A stretch of 64,000 nucleotides of DNA, taken from positions 864 to 64,863 of the forward strand of contig CBEVQY010000011.1 in the NCBI GenBank assembly GCA_965552135.1, written 5' to 3'. A program made the position numbers and the translations under genes. The stretch comes from an uncultured bacterium. Lineage in GTDB: Bacteria > UBP14 > UBA6098 > B30-G16. Positions 18,152 through 27,947 of this stretch are shown piece after piece (positions within the stretch are counted from its first letter, which is position 1; each line of letters opens with the position of its first letter). The notes beneath the pieces are model-generated. The model was not told the DNA's origin. It made no database searches and was given only the letters and a program-made list of their open reading frames with translations.

Positions 18152-19327
18152 TCAGAACGAGAATGTCGTCGAGACCATCGTGAAAAGGTTGTCGGCTATT
18201 CCGCTTACGACGTATCCGCCCTCATGTATAAAGTTTTCGCCAACGAACCCGTCGATGCTGACCGCGCCGTCGGCAAGCTTGAGACCAACGCCTATCGATA
18301 TCTGGTCAGGCTGCAGCCCAACGTCGGCGAGGGTTTGCGTTTCGGTCGTTTCGGTGCCGTTGCTTGTTTTGGTTTTAAAGCTTCCGAAGGCGCGTCTGTA
18401 TGCAGCGCGGGCAACAAGCCAGTCCTTTACGGGAATCTCAGCGCCAAGGTAGAGCTCGGGGAGGTAGGTGAGCGTCTGCGTTGTGGTTGTGCTTTCGCCT
18501 TCGTCCTTGGTCGAGACGTAAGCCACGCCAAGCCCGGGCGCAACCCAGCCCTCCTCAAGGACAGGGATGTTAAGCCCGCAGCGGAGGAAGAAGCCCATAG
18601 ATGAGTACTTATTGCCTTCGGTGGTCGTGCTGCCCGAGACGGTTTTGGGCGTGTACGAGAACATCGAGAACCCAAGCGAGGGCACAAGCTTTGCGTCTCC
18701 CATGGGGGCGAACGCTCGCATGTTCAGGCTAAGCCCGGTGCCGCCTTCGCTCTCCTCGGAGCTCGTTGCGCTGCCAAGGACGTCCTCGTCCTTGTACGAA
18801 TTGAGCCTAAGCTGGAAGTTCGCCTCACCCAAAAAGTCGCCGGACGTGTATGCGCCGCCGAGGGTGAACGCCATCGCCCGGGTTTTGCGGGTCGTCTCGT
18901 CGTCGCCCGAGGTCGTTTTATACGACCATCCGGCGAAGTGTGTTCCAAGCCCGAGCGCGAGGTCGCCCAGGCTGAGGCTCAGGAGGAGGTCGAAGTCGTT
19001 TTGCGGGCGCTGGAGCGTTGCGGGCAGGTAGTGGCTTATGATTTCGTCGAAGTTGTCGTTGTGCCTGAGGAGCGCCGCGCCCAGCGAAAAGCTTTCGCCA
19101 AGCGAAACAAAGCCATACCCGGATTGCCCAACAAGCCCCATTTCGCTGTATGTTCCCAGCTCGAGGACGGCGCGGTTGGCGAACGTTGGAAGCAGCGCGG
19201 GGTTTTGGATGGCGTGGGACTCGTCCAGGTAGAAGAACTGGACGCCCCCCAGCGATGCGACGCGGGCGTCGTTCGCAAACGATGCAGCCACAAAAGCCGC
19301 CAAAACCACACAAAGCGCCTTCTTCAT
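18152..19327 (-). CDS. Outer-membrane beta-barrel protein (possibly FadL/PorV-like)
   Basis: The signal peptide is MKKALCVVLAAFVAASFA and an SD is present. Amphipathic beta-strands alternate throughout. The C-terminus ends with the aromatic '...TTFSF', an OMP beta-signal. At 391 aa its size is similar to PorV, but no motif-level proof is available. Confidence 0.55.
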   Translation of the reverse strand: MKKALCVVLAAFVAASFANDARVASLGGVQFFYLDESHAIQNPALLPTFANRAVLELGTYSEMGLVGQSGYGFVSLGESFSLGAALLRHNDNFDEIISHYLPATLQRPQNDFDLLLSLSLGDLALGLGTHFAGWSYKTTSGDDETTRKTRAMAFTLGGAYTSGDFLGEANFQLRLNSYKDEDVLGSATSSEESEGGTGLSLNMRAFAPMGDAKLVPSLGFSMFSYTPKTVSGSTTTEGNKYSSMGFFLRCGLNIPVLEEGWVAPGLGVAYVSTKDEGESTTTTQTLTYLPELYLGAEIPVKDWLVARAAYRRAFGSFKTKTSNGTETTETQTLADVGLQPDQISIGVGLKLADGAVSIDGFVGENFIHEGGYVVSGIADNLFTMVSTTFSF

Positions 19328-19349
19328 CTTTCACCTCCCTGGTTTGTGC

Positions 19350-20222
19350 TTACGCCGAAAGCGCCTTTTTGACGAGATCAGGTATCTGCGAGGGTATGTC
19401 GGCGACGGCGACGCCGCAGCTGCGGAACTTCTCTATCTTTTCCGCCGCGGTGCCCTCGGAGCCCGAGATTATCGCGCCCGCGTGTCCCATCCTCTTGCCG
19501 GGGGGTGCCGTCTGACCCGCTATGAACGCAACCACGGGCTTCTTCATCTCGCTTTTTATGAACTCCGCAGCCTCCTGCTCGTCGGTGCCGCCTATCTCGC
19601 CTATCAGGACCACCGCGTCGGTCTCGGGGTCCTTCTCGAACTCCGTCAGGGTGTCGATGAAGTTCGTCCCGATTATCGGGTCGCCGCCTATGCCGATGCA
19701 GGTCGACTGACCAAAGCCGTTTCGGGTGAGGTTGAGGACGACTTCGTAGGTGAGCGTTCCAGAGCGCGATACAACGCCTATCCTGCCGGGCTTGAAGATC
19801 TGCGCAGGAAGTATCCCAACCTTCGTCTTGCCGGGGGATATGATGCCCGGGCAGTTGGGACCTATCATCCTGCTGCCGACCTTTTTGAGGAAATCGAATA
19901 CCTTCGCCTCCTCGATTGCGGGTATGCCCTCTGTGATAACGACGATAAGTTCAATCCCCGCTTCTGCGGCTTCCAGTATCGCGTCGGCGGCGAACTTGGG
20001 CGGAACGAAGACTATGGACGTGTTTGCGCCGGTTTTCTCAACAGCCTCGCGGACCGTGTTGAAAACGGGCACTCCGTGCACCTGTTGACCGCCCTTGCCG
20101 GGTGTGACGCCGGCGACGACCTTCGTGCCGTACTCGAGCATAAGCTTCGTGTGAAAGGCGCCGTCGCGACCGGTGATGCCCTGAACGACAACCTTCGTCC
20201 CCTCGTCGACGTAAATAGACAT
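19350..20222 (-). CDS. sucD: Succinyl-CoA ligase [ADP/GDP-forming] subunit alpha
   Basis: It has '[21 protein letters not shown]' (CoA-binding), 'SRSGTLTYE' and the phosphohistidine loop 'GHAGAI'. An AGGAGG SD precedes the start. The R-rich N-terminal extension of the ORF was rejected. Confidence 0.9.
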   Translation of the reverse strand: MSIYVDEGTKVVVQGITGRDGAFHTKLMLEYGTKVVAGVTPGKGGQQVHGVPVFNTVREAVEKTGANTSIVFVPPKFAADAILEAAEAGIELIVVITEGIPAIEEAKVFDFLKKVGSRMIGPNCPGIISPGKTKVGILPAQIFKPGRIGVVSRSGTLTYEVVLNLTRNGFGQSTCIGIGGDPIIGTNFIDTLTEFEKDPETDAVVLIGEIGGTDEQEAAEFIKSEMKKPVVAFIAGQTAPPGKRMGHAGAIISGSEGTAAEKIEKFRSCGVAVADIPSQIPDLVKKALSA

Positions 20223-20311
20223 CACAAAACCTCCTGTGCCGCCACCTTGTAGACCAAAAGATATCCCCCCTGCGGGGTTGGGCAAGAACTTTTTTGAGGG
20301 GACGCCTCTTC

Positions 20312-21259
20312 TCAGAGGTCTATCTGCCAGGGGATATCGCCCTCTTCGGCTTTGGGCTCGGGCAGGATGAGGATGCTGTTTTGCCCCTTCTTTCTTGCGC
20401 GCTCGAGGATTTCGCACGCCCGGGCGAAGAGGGAGGCGACGTTGTCGCTTTTCCGGGCGAGGGTGCCGCCGCAGCTTATCGTGACCTTAAGCGTCCTTTC
20501 GCCTATCGTTATCGACGAGCGCAGAACGAGGTTCCTGAGGCGGTCGGCGACGATCTTAAGCTCTTTTTCGCCCACGTCGAGGACGACGACGAGGAAGAGA
20601 TCACCGTCGCACCTTGCGACGGTGTCGAAGGCGCGCACCGAGTTGCGCATCGTCATCGCAACAACCTTAAGAACCCTGTGGGCGAAGTCTTCGCCGTAAG
20701 CCTTGAGTATGCTTCCGAAGTCGTCGATCCTTATGCAGAGCACGCCGAACTGCCTTCCGTGGCGCTTGGTTTCGGCAAGGCGGGCGTGCAGCTCCTGCTC
20801 AACGTAGCGGCGATTCGCAACCTCGGTGACGGGATCATACATCGCCAGGCGCTCGAGGTGGCTGTACATCTCGTCGACAAGGGGCGCGGGCAGAACGTCA
20901 CGAATGATCTCGACCACAGACCTCTTGCCGCCCTCATCGACGCAGAAGAAACGGAGGGAAACCGCCTTCCTGAAGCCATCTCGGTGGAGCACGTAAGCTC
21001 TGCGTATCTCCACCTCGTCGGCGGCACTTGTGAAGGGGCAGGCTCTGTCGCAAAGGCTTTTGCCTCCCTCGTCGACGTAGTTTAGTATGCTTGCCTCGCA
21101 CGGCTTGCCCAAAACCTCCTCCTGTGCGAAGCCCAAAAGCCGCTCCGCAGCTTTGTTCCAGTAGCTTATCCTCTTTCTGCCGCTTTCGTCCGAGGTGACG
21201 ACGCAGACAGCGTCGTAGATGTTATCAAGAATCAGCTCGAAAAGCTTCCCTTCGGGCAT
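20312..21259 (-). CDS. PAS-domain protein with degenerate GGDEF domain (CDGDLF instead of GG[DE]EF)
   Basis: The PAS region reads '[16 protein letters not shown]...[14 protein letters not shown]'. The GGDEF-fold region reads '[25 protein letters not shown]...[13 protein letters not shown]'. Start is taken at MPEGKLF. The upstream codons of the ORF are the translated tRNA. Confidence 0.7.
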   Translation of the reverse strand: MPEGKLFELILDNIYDAVCVVTSDESGRKRISYWNKAAERLLGFAQEEVLGKPCEASILNYVDEGGKSLCDRACPFTSAADEVEIRRAYVLHRDGFRKAVSLRFFCVDEGGKRSVVEIIRDVLPAPLVDEMYSHLERLAMYDPVTEVANRRYVEQELHARLAETKRHGRQFGVLCIRIDDFGSILKAYGEDFAHRVLKVVAMTMRNSVRAFDTVARCDGDLFLVVVLDVGEKELKIVADRLRNLVLRSSITIGERTLKVTISCGGTLARKSDNVASLFARACEILERARKKGQNSILILPEPKAEEGDIPWQIDL

Positions 21260-21296
21260 GCCTTCCCCCTCCGCCGAAAAATAAAAAACCAAAAAG

Positions 21297-21370
<74 letters not shown>

Positions 21371-21460
21371 CCACTATAAGTTACCGCCAGGACGACGCCT
21401 TGTCAAGACCGCAAGCAAAACTCCTTGCGCCCGACCCTTTTGAGGGTATTTTGGGGTGCG

Positions 21461-23134
21461 ATGGACAGAAGAACCGCAATCGGGATAGCTTTGATCCTTT
21501 TGATTGTGCTTCTTACGCCGCTTTACCAGCGCTGGGTTTTGCGGACGACGAGCTTGCCTGAGGGGGTGGATACGCTTTCTGTGGCTCGGTCTGAGCCGCC
21601 GGTCCGGGAGGCTGCGCCCACCAAGGCGACGATAGCCCCTCCCGATTCGCTGATGCAGCGGGCGGGGAAGACCGTCTTCGTCCGAACCGACAGGCTCGAG
21701 GTGAAGATAAGCACCGCGGGCGGGGATGTGGTTTCCGTAAGGCTTCGCGGCATCTACGACAAGGATGGTCGTGAGGTTGAGCTTGCACCCCGCCCCCTGG
21801 GCGGTCCCAACTGCGAGTTCGTTGTGCTTGCGGGCGGCAAAAGGCTTTCGACCGCCTGGGCGAACTTCATCCCCGACAAAGATTCCCTCCTGCTTTCGCC
21901 GCAAAATCCCACAGGCGCCGTCACAATGGTGGGCGTCCTGCCCGACGGGACTATGGTGCAAAGGCGGTACGAGTTCGAGTGCGGCGTTTATCACTTTCGC
22001 CACAAGCTTATGGTCGCCGTTCAGGACACGACCGTTGCCCTCACCGACGGTGTCCTTTGGTGGCGCAGCGGCTTTGTGCCAACAGAGGCGAACGCAAGCT
22101 GGGACGTGAGGGAGTTTGCCGCATACTACAGCTTCGGCGGCGAGACCGACAAGGTAAAACCGTCGAAGAGGAAGCCCACCCTCGCCCTCGACGGCGCAAC
22201 GCAGTGGCTCGGCGCAACGAGCAAGTACTTCGCGGTGGTCCTCGTTCCCGACAGGGGCTTTGGCGCCGACGGGCTTAGGGTCAACTTCGTTTGGTACGCC
22301 GACTCATCCCTCGGACGCGAACTGCCCGCCGTCCAGATCGGGCTGTACTACCACGGCGGAGAACCGAGGCTTGTTGTGTCGAACCTCGTGTACGCCGGAC
22401 CAAGGGACTACTTCATCCTCAGGCGGTACGGACGCAACATATCGAAGATAGTCGACCTTGGGTGGTGGTGGCTTGCGCCCATAACGAAGGCTTTGCTTTG
22501 GGTGTTCAGACTCCTTTACGCCGTCGTGCCCAACTACGGCTGGGTCATCGTGATATTCACCGTGCTTATGAAGCTGCTTTTCACTCCCGTCTCCCACGCG
22601 CAGCTTAAGAGCATGAAGCGGATGAGGGCGCTTCAGCCGCAGCTTCGCAGCATCCAAGAGCGATTCAGGGACGACCCGCAGCGCATGAACGCCGAGATCA
22701 TGAAGCTCTACAGGAAGCACGGCGTAAGCCCGTTTTCGGGATGTCTGCCCCTTCTTGTGCAGATGCCTGTCTTTTTCGCCCTCTACCGCGCCCTCGCCTC
22801 GGGATTCCAGTTCAGGGCAAAGCCCTTCGTCCTGTGGATAAAGGACCTGTCGCAGAAGGACCCATACTACGTACTGCCCCTCGTTATGGCTGCCACAATG
22901 TTCGTCCAGCAGAAGATCTCCACCACCGACCCAAAGCAAAAACCCTTAGCATACATAATGCCCCTTTTCTTCCTGCTTTTGTTCAAGAGCCTGCCCGCGG
23001 GGTTGGTCCTCTACTGGACGGTGTTCAACATACTCTCGGTGATACACATGCTTTGGGTGGAGCACAAATGGGAGGACGAGCTCACAAAGGGTGAGAACGA
23101 CCCGAAGGAGGCGAAAGGTGGAAAGGGGGGATGA
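21461..23134 (+). CDS. yidC: Membrane protein insertase YidC
   Basis: An N-terminal TM is followed by a large periplasmic domain. The conserved C-terminal core has 5 TMs ('MPLFFLLLFKSLPAGLVLYWTVFNILSVIH'). The C-terminus is Lys-rich. Start is taken at MDRRTAIG. Confidence 0.85.
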   Translation: MDRRTAIGIALILLIVLLTPLYQRWVLRTTSLPEGVDTLSVARSEPPVREAAPTKATIAPPDSLMQRAGKTVFVRTDRLEVKISTAGGDVVSVRLRGIYDKDGREVELAPRPLGGPNCEFVVLAGGKRLSTAWANFIPDKDSLLLSPQNPTGAVTMVGVLPDGTMVQRRYEFECGVYHFRHKLMVAVQDTTVALTDGVLWWRSGFVPTEANASWDVREFAAYYSFGGETDKVKPSKRKPTLALDGATQWLGATSKYFAVVLVPDRGFGADGLRVNFVWYADSSLGRELPAVQIGLYYHGGEPRLVVSNLVYAGPRDYFILRRYGRNISKIVDLGWWWLAPITKALLWVFRLLYAVVPNYGWVIVIFTVLMKLLFTPVSHAQLKSMKRMRALQPQLRSIQERFRDDPQRMNAEIMKLYRKHGVSPFSGCLPLLVQMPVFFALYRALASGFQFRAKPFVLWIKDLSQKDPYYVLPLVMAATMFVQQKISTTDPKQKPLAYIMPLFFLLLFKSLPAGLVLYWTVFNILSVIHMLWVEHKWEDELTKGENDPKEAKGGKGG

Positions 23135-23186
23135 TTTTCGGCTTCCCAGGAGGTTTTTCGAGTGGGCGTATCTGAAGCGTGCGCGG

Positions 23187-23759
23187 ATGATAAAAAGGCA
23201 ACTCGACGGCGAGGACGTCCACCCCAGGGAGATATTCCTCGCCTTCACGACCCACACGCCCGCCATAATTACCTGCGGCAGCGCAGGGCTCAACGGCTCG
23301 ATAAAGGGAATTGGGTTCTTGCCGAAGAGGGAGTACATCGAGGAGATCCTCGAGGTCTATCTCTCCCACATCGCCACGGCAGACCAGCCCCACTACGCCC
23401 AGAGGGGGCTTAAGATCCTCTACGAGCAGATGTGGTCCGAGGAGGCGCGTAAAAGGATCGACTTCTCCGTTTTGGGCACCCTTGAGCTCGCCAAAGCACA
23501 CACGTGGACAAACCTTCACGAAAACCCCAACGCAACGCTTTTGTTCTACGAGCCGCCCGTCGTGTCGTTCGAGGTGCGAACCGTCGCGGAAATACACACA
23601 AACGGGCTCTACCACAGGTTCCTCAACGCGCAGCACGATATGTTCCATCACCCTCACCCCGAGGCGTGGCAAAACAGACCCGCATACGTCTTCCACATAA
23701 AGGAGATTTACGACAACTCCGCCACAAAAGACGGCTTCGGGACGCCGATTTTCCCCTGA
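23187..23759 (+). CDS. Hypothetical cytoplasmic protein (possibly split-barrel/PNPOx-like)
   Basis: An ORF with coding-like composition lies downstream of yidC. Start is uncertain, either ATG 23187 (MIKRQL) or GTG 23118. No confident family assignment is possible. Confidence 0.4.
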   Translation: MIKRQLDGEDVHPREIFLAFTTHTPAIITCGSAGLNGSIKGIGFLPKREYIEEILEVYLSHIATADQPHYAQRGLKILYEQMWSEEARKRIDFSVLGTLELAKAHTWTNLHENPNATLLFYEPPVVSFEVRTVAEIHTNGLYHRFLNAQHDMFHHPHPEAWQNRPAYVFHIKEIYDNSATKDGFGTPIFP

Positions 23760-23808
23760 CGCAAAAAACTCTTGCGCTTTTGCCAGAAAGGCTTTATTTG
23801 AAAGTGCC

Positions 23809-24108
23809 ATGGCGCAGAAGCTGGAGAGGAAGCAGCCTGCTGCAAAGCGCCTGAGGGGGCGCTCGTCGAGGAGGGCTTGGCACAGCGAGCAAAAGCTCGC
23901 CCTAGGAACCGCTAACTACGTTGTCTTTGCGCTGGCTCTTTTGTGCATCGTCGTGGGGTTTGTGCTTCTGGCGAACAACTCACTGACGCTTGCGCCCCTG
24001 CTTTTGGTGATTGGATATTCGATTTTGATCCCGATATCGCTGCTTTTGGGTGTGGGCGAGGGCAAAGCCAAGGAAGCCGAAGGCGGCGAAAGACAAGAAG
24101 CTACCTGA
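23809..24108 (+). CDS. Small membrane protein (2 predicted TM helices), unknown function
   Basis: It has a basic N-terminus and two hydrophobic helices (YVVFALALLCIVVGFVLL and LAPLLLVIGYSILIPISLLL). The C-terminus is acidic. Confidence 0.45.
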   Translation: MAQKLERKQPAAKRLRGRSSRRAWHSEQKLALGTANYVVFALALLCIVVGFVLLANNSLTLAPLLLVIGYSILIPISLLLGVGEGKAKEAEGGERQEAT

Positions 24109-24132
24109 CTTTTCCCGAAGGCAATTTTTCTG

Positions 24133-24161
24133 TTGACTTGTTGGGCCTGAGCGCTAATAAT
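24133..24161 (+). promoter_or_regulatory. Sigma-70-like promoter for tRNA-Asp (TTGACT-N17-AATAAT)
   Basis: A TTGACT hexamer is followed by a 16-17 nt spacer and then TAATAA/AATAAT. The predicted TSS is ~10-15 nt upstream of the mature tRNA 5' end. Confidence 0.45.
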
Positions 24162-24177
24162 TGAAATTTGGAGCAAC

Positions 24178-24252
24178 GGGGTCGTGGTGTAGCCAGGTTA
24201 ACACGCCGGCCTGTCAAGCCGGAGAGCGCCAGTTCAAATCTGGTCGGCCCCG
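24178..24252 (+). tRNA. tRNA-Asp (anticodon GTC)
   Basis: The acceptor stem is GGGGTCG/CGGCCCC. The anticodon stem CCGGC/GCCGG closes the loop CTGTCAA. The T-arm is GCCAGTTCAAATCTGGT and the discriminator is G. It is 75 nt and is followed by a T-rich tract. Confidence 0.85.
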
Positions 24253-24301
24253 TTGTTTTTTTGTTTTTAGACTACTCTGCTATTACCAGGGAGGGGGTTA
24301 T

Positions 24302-25669
24302 ATGAGATATGGCGTTTCTGTCTTCGTGGCGCTTTTCTCTTTCCTTTTTGCCCAGCCCGAAATTGCGTGGCAGAGGTGCTTGGGCGGAAGTGGCGATGAC
24401 TACGCCCATTCCATTCAGCAAACCACAGATGGTGGCTATATCGTGGCAGGATGGACCTTATCCGACGACGGTGATGTCAGCGGGTACCACGGAGGATATG
24501 ATTTCTGGGTGGTAAAACTGAACTCATCGGGCGACATAGTCTGGCAGAAGTGCCTCGGGGGAAGTGGTGAAGATGAAGCGCATTCCATCCAACAGACCAC
24601 CGACGGCGGATACATCGTGGCAGGAGTGACCGCCTCCAACGACGGTGATGTCAGCGGAAACCGCGGAGATTATGATTTCTGGGTTGTGAAGTTGAACTCA
24701 TCTGGAGATATCGTCTGGCAAAAGTGCCTTGGTGGAAGCAATGATGATGCGGCATATTCCATTCAACAGATCACTGATGGCGGATACGTCGTGGCGGGAT
24801 ATACCGAATCCAACGACGGCGACGTCAGCGGAAACCACGGATACAGTGATTCCTGGGTGGTGAAGTTGAGCTCATCGGGAAATATAGTCTGGCAGAAGTG
24901 CCTCGGGGGAAGTAGGTGCGACAACGCGTATTCCATTCAACAAACCACCGACGGCGGATACATCGTGGCGGGATGTACCGAATCCAACGACGGCGATGTT
25001 AGCGGAAACCACGGCGGTTATGATTTCTGGGTGGTGAAATTGAACTCGTCGGGAAATATAGTCTGGCAGAAGTGCCTTGGAGGAAGTAGTTATGATGAGG
25101 TGTGTTCCATTCAACAGACCGCTGACGGCGGGTACATCGTGGCGGGAGGGACCTTATCCAACGACGGCGATGTCAGCGGAAACCATGGCTCCGCTGATTT
25201 CTGGGTTGTGAAGTTGAACTCATCTGGAGATATCGTCTGGCAAAAGTGCCTTGGTGGAAGCAATGATGATGCGGCATATTCCATTCAACAGATCACTGAT
25301 GGCGGATACGTCGTGGCGGGATATACCGAATCCAACGACGGCGACGTCAGCGGAAACCACGGCTCCGCCGATTTCTGGGTTGTGAAACTGCGCCCTGATG
25401 CCGATGATATAACCGAACCGACCGCCCCGAAGCGGGCTTCTCTTTCCGTATTCCCCAATCCCTTCAACTCCTCCTGCGCCATATTCGCGCCGCGGGGCTC
25501 CAAGGTGTCGATCTACGCGATCTCCGGCAAGTTGTTTTTCGGCGCCGAGGCTGGGGAGGGTCCGCTTGTTTGGACACCCTCCGCGGACCTTCCCTGCGGG
25601 GTTTACGTTGTTCGCGCCCGTCTCCCCGACGGCGTGGAGGTCACCGCGCGGGCGGTTCACGTAAGGTGA
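24302..25669 (+). CDS. Secreted SBBP-type beta-propeller repeat protein with T9SS type-A CTD
   Basis: A GGGAGGGGG SD precedes the ATG. The signal peptide is MRYGVSVFVALFSFLFA|QPE. It has eight to nine ~41 aa repeats of the form 'WQKCLGGSxDDxAYSIQQTTDGGYIVAG.T.SNDGDVSGNHGxxDFWVVKLNSSGDIV'. The C-terminus is 'FPNPFNSSCAIFA...GVYVVRARLPDG...VHVR'. Confidence 0.8.
   Translation: MRYGVSVFVALFSFLFAQPEIAWQRCLGGSGDDYAHSIQQTTDGGYIVAGWTLSDDGDVSGYHGGYDFWVVKLNSSGDIVWQKCLGGSGEDEAHSIQQTTDGGYIVAGVTASNDGDVSGNRGDYDFWVVKLNSSGDIVWQKCLGGSNDDAAYSIQQITDGGYVVAGYTESNDGDVSGNHGYSDSWVVKLSSSGNIVWQKCLGGSRCDNAYSIQQTTDGGYIVAGCTESNDGDVSGNHGGYDFWVVKLNSSGNIVWQKCLGGSSYDEVCSIQQTADGGYIVAGGTLSNDGDVSGNHGSADFWVVKLNSSGDIVWQKCLGGSNDDAAYSIQQITDGGYVVAGYTESNDGDVSGNHGSADFWVVKLRPDADDITEPTAPKRASLSVFPNPFNSSCAIFAPRGSKVSIYAISGKLFFGAEAGEGPLVWTPSADLPCGVYVVRARLPDGVEVTARAVHVR
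24673..25362 (+). repeat. Pair of 168-bp perfect direct repeats (24673-24840 and 25195-25362) within an array of ~123-bp in-frame coding repeats
   Basis: Direct reading shows the two 168-nt stretches are identical. They are spaced 522 bp apart, which is a multiple of the codon-phase repeat unit. They encode identical 56-aa repeat segments. Confidence 0.8.
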
Positions 25670-25945
25670 TACTTCGGGTGGGCGACCGCGATTTCCCGCC
25701 ACCGGCGCCTCCGCTTGGCGCGGCGGATTTTCGCTCACAGAACATCCCGTTGTGGCCGTAGGACTCGCATTCCAACAAGCGCGTTGTGAATCGAGACAGG
25801 ATGCTTTATTATATTCGAGGGCTTTGGGCGCGAGGCAGACGACGGGGTCTTCGCGTCTTAGGACCCATTTGAGGCTTTGGCGCTGGAACTTAGACGTGTT
25901 CGCCGAACACTACGGTGGAAAAACCTTCACATCGGGAGGGTCGAG

Positions 25946-27931
25946 ATGAGAAGCGCTGTCAGCCTGCCGACCGTTGTGTTGTTTCTGGCTCTTTGGACTT
26001 GCCCTTCGGATGCGGTCAATTTCGGCAAGATAAACCGGAATACGTGGCGCTTGTTTCTGCAACAGGTGGACAGTGGGCGCAATGCGTTCTTTCCGGTGCA
26101 TGATGAACTCTGCGCCACATTCCCTCTTTCGCCTGGTTTGTCGACCACGAGTCTGGATTCGTTTTTATATGTTGGATACTACGACCCTCACGAAACTCTG
26201 CTGATCGAGGACACATCCTGTTACTTTGCGTGCAACATAGCCGTGGTTCAAGAAGGCGTTTTGATTGTGCGAAATTCCCTTCTCCGCGTCTACGGGGGCA
26301 TTGTAGCTGCCCAGTGTGGGAACATAATCTTCGATTCCTCAGAGGTTCAGCTTATGTCGTCCTATGCGTGGCAGTTTACGATAGCCGCTCTTGATAGCGC
26401 TGAAATACGGATCACGGACAGCGAGTTCAACTATAACGGATATCCCGGTTACACATTTATCAAGGACAACGCCTCGCTGTATGTGGAGAACAGTGAGTAT
26501 CGCGCTACTACCGCTTTGTTCACCGAGAATGCCCGTGTTACGTTTATAAACGTCACAGGCGGCGGGGAGTATTCCGCGAGAGACTCGTCGGTGGTGTATT
26601 TCAAGAATGTTGGGTTTGCCGTTATCCATCTGCAGGTGCCCGAGTCGTCGTCGGTGTATATGGACTTCGGGACGGACACGTTTGAGTTCGTCGACCATTG
26701 GGAAGTGACGCCGTCTTCCCCCTTCGTTTCGGGAACAGGGTATACCTTTATTATTGACAGTTCGAATTGCGTGTTCAACCCAAGCTGTGCCTCGTTTTCG
26801 GATCTAACCTTAGAGGACAGTCAATGCGATTTGCTTGTGAGGTTTACGGGCGATGTGCGCGACACTATTTCCGGACTCGTTAATTGGACCCATTACGACG
26901 ACTGGCTTGCGCCCTTTGGTGATAGAACCATCCACCTGATAAACACGACCATTACCTGCTGGCACATGCAGATGTTCGCGACATCGAGGATATGGCTTGA
27001 AAGCTCCATTATAGGCGAATTTATATGCTTCGACTCATCGGAGGCTCATCTTACGAACTCCATCCACACCGGCACCGGTGGGCCGTTGACCGCCGCCACA
27101 AACTCGGAGGTTTCGGCATCTTATTCTGACATAAGGGCTAATACTGTCAAGGTCAAAAACAAGGGCTTGCTTGTGTTAAATGTCTGCACGGTTTGGGGCG
27201 ATGTTGTCGTATCCGATTCTGCTCTTGCGGTGCTTCTGGGAACCCTCAATCCCAACCCGATCCGCGTGTTCGACGCCGGGGCAGCCGTTGTTGCAGCTGT
27301 GAAATCCCCTGTGTCGGCGGTCGTCGGGGAAGATGTCGCCATCGTTGGCGATGCTTATATAGTGCGAACATCAGCCTCGCCGTACGATTTCGGCGCATAT
27401 CGTCTTTATTATCTATTCTACCCAATTGACACAGTCCTTACCGACTCCGACTCGCTCGAATGGACGCCTATTACGGACTGGAACCACCATCAAGTTGTGG
27501 ATGACACTCTCTGCGTGTGGAACACCTCCGGGCTCAGCGCAGGCAGATATTTTATTAAACTCGACTGGCGCGAGGCATCGACAGATTCCGTCGTCTCGAC
27601 TTATTTCATGATAAACTTGCGGGAGGAGGTGCTCGTTGAAGAAGAAACGAGACACAAGCGGCTTTCCGTCAACGTTCACCCTAATCCCTTTAACTCGTCA
27701 ACCCGAATCGACTACTGTCTACCGACCGACGCCTATGTAACGCTGGAGATTTACGATGTGTACGGGAGAGTTGTACGGGTTCTTGCGGAGGGAAAACAGC
27801 CAGCCGGTCAACACTCCGTGATCTGGGACAGGAAGGACGAGGGGCACGATATTGTGAGCTCCGGCGTATACCTTTGCCGATTGAGATCTAATGGCTTTCA
27901 GATAACCCGAAAGATGCTGGTTCTTAAGTAA
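25946..27931 (+). CDS. Secreted parallel beta-helix (pectin-lyase-fold-like) protein with T9SS type-A CTD
   Basis: A GGGAGGG SD precedes the ATG. The signal peptide is MRSAVSLPTVVLFLALWTCPSDA. Repetitive beta-helix-like rungs are rich in N/S/T/V/I. The C-terminus is 'HPNPFNSSTRIDY...GVYLCRLRSNGF...LVLK'. Base composition is visibly more AT-rich than its neighbours. Confidence 0.65.
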   Translation: MRSAVSLPTVVLFLALWTCPSDAVNFGKINRNTWRLFLQQVDSGRNAFFPVHDELCATFPLSPGLSTTSLDSFLYVGYYDPHETLLIEDTSCYFACNIAVVQEGVLIVRNSLLRVYGGIVAAQCGNIIFDSSEVQLMSSYAWQFTIAALDSAEIRITDSEFNYNGYPGYTFIKDNASLYVENSEYRATTALFTENARVTFINVTGGGEYSARDSSVVYFKNVGFAVIHLQVPESSSVYMDFGTDTFEFVDHWEVTPSSPFVSGTGYTFIIDSSNCVFNPSCASFSDLTLEDSQCDLLVRFTGDVRDTISGLVNWTHYDDWLAPFGDRTIHLINTTITCWHMQMFATSRIWLESSIIGEFICFDSSEAHLTNSIHTGTGGPLTAATNSEVSASYSDIRANTVKVKNKGLLVLNVCTVWGDVVVSDSALAVLLGTLNPNPIRVFDAGAAVVAAVKSPVSAVVGEDVAIVGDAYIVRTSASPYDFGAYRLYYLFYPIDTVLTDSDSLEWTPITDWNHHQVVDDTLCVWNTSGLSAGRYFIKLDWREASTDSVVSTYFMINLREEVLVEEETRHKRLSVNVHPNPFNSSTRIDYCLPTDAYVTLEIYDVYGRVVRVLAEGKQPAGQHSVIWDRKDEGHDIVSSGVYLCRLRSNGFQITRKMLVLK

Positions 27932-27947
27932 TCAGGAGGCAAACGCT

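Noticed and set aside
20223-20417. 65-codon N-terminal extension of sucD ORF
   Set aside because: It is R/P-rich, overlaps the 3' end of the GGDEF gene, and reaches past the AGGAGG SD. The canonical SucD N-terminus MSIYVDEG was used.
24302-25400. Regular ~123-bp direct repeats; checked as possible CRISPR array
   Set aside because: The repeats are in-frame coding repeats of an SBBP beta-propeller, with a period that is a multiple of 3. There are no unique spacers and no cas genes.
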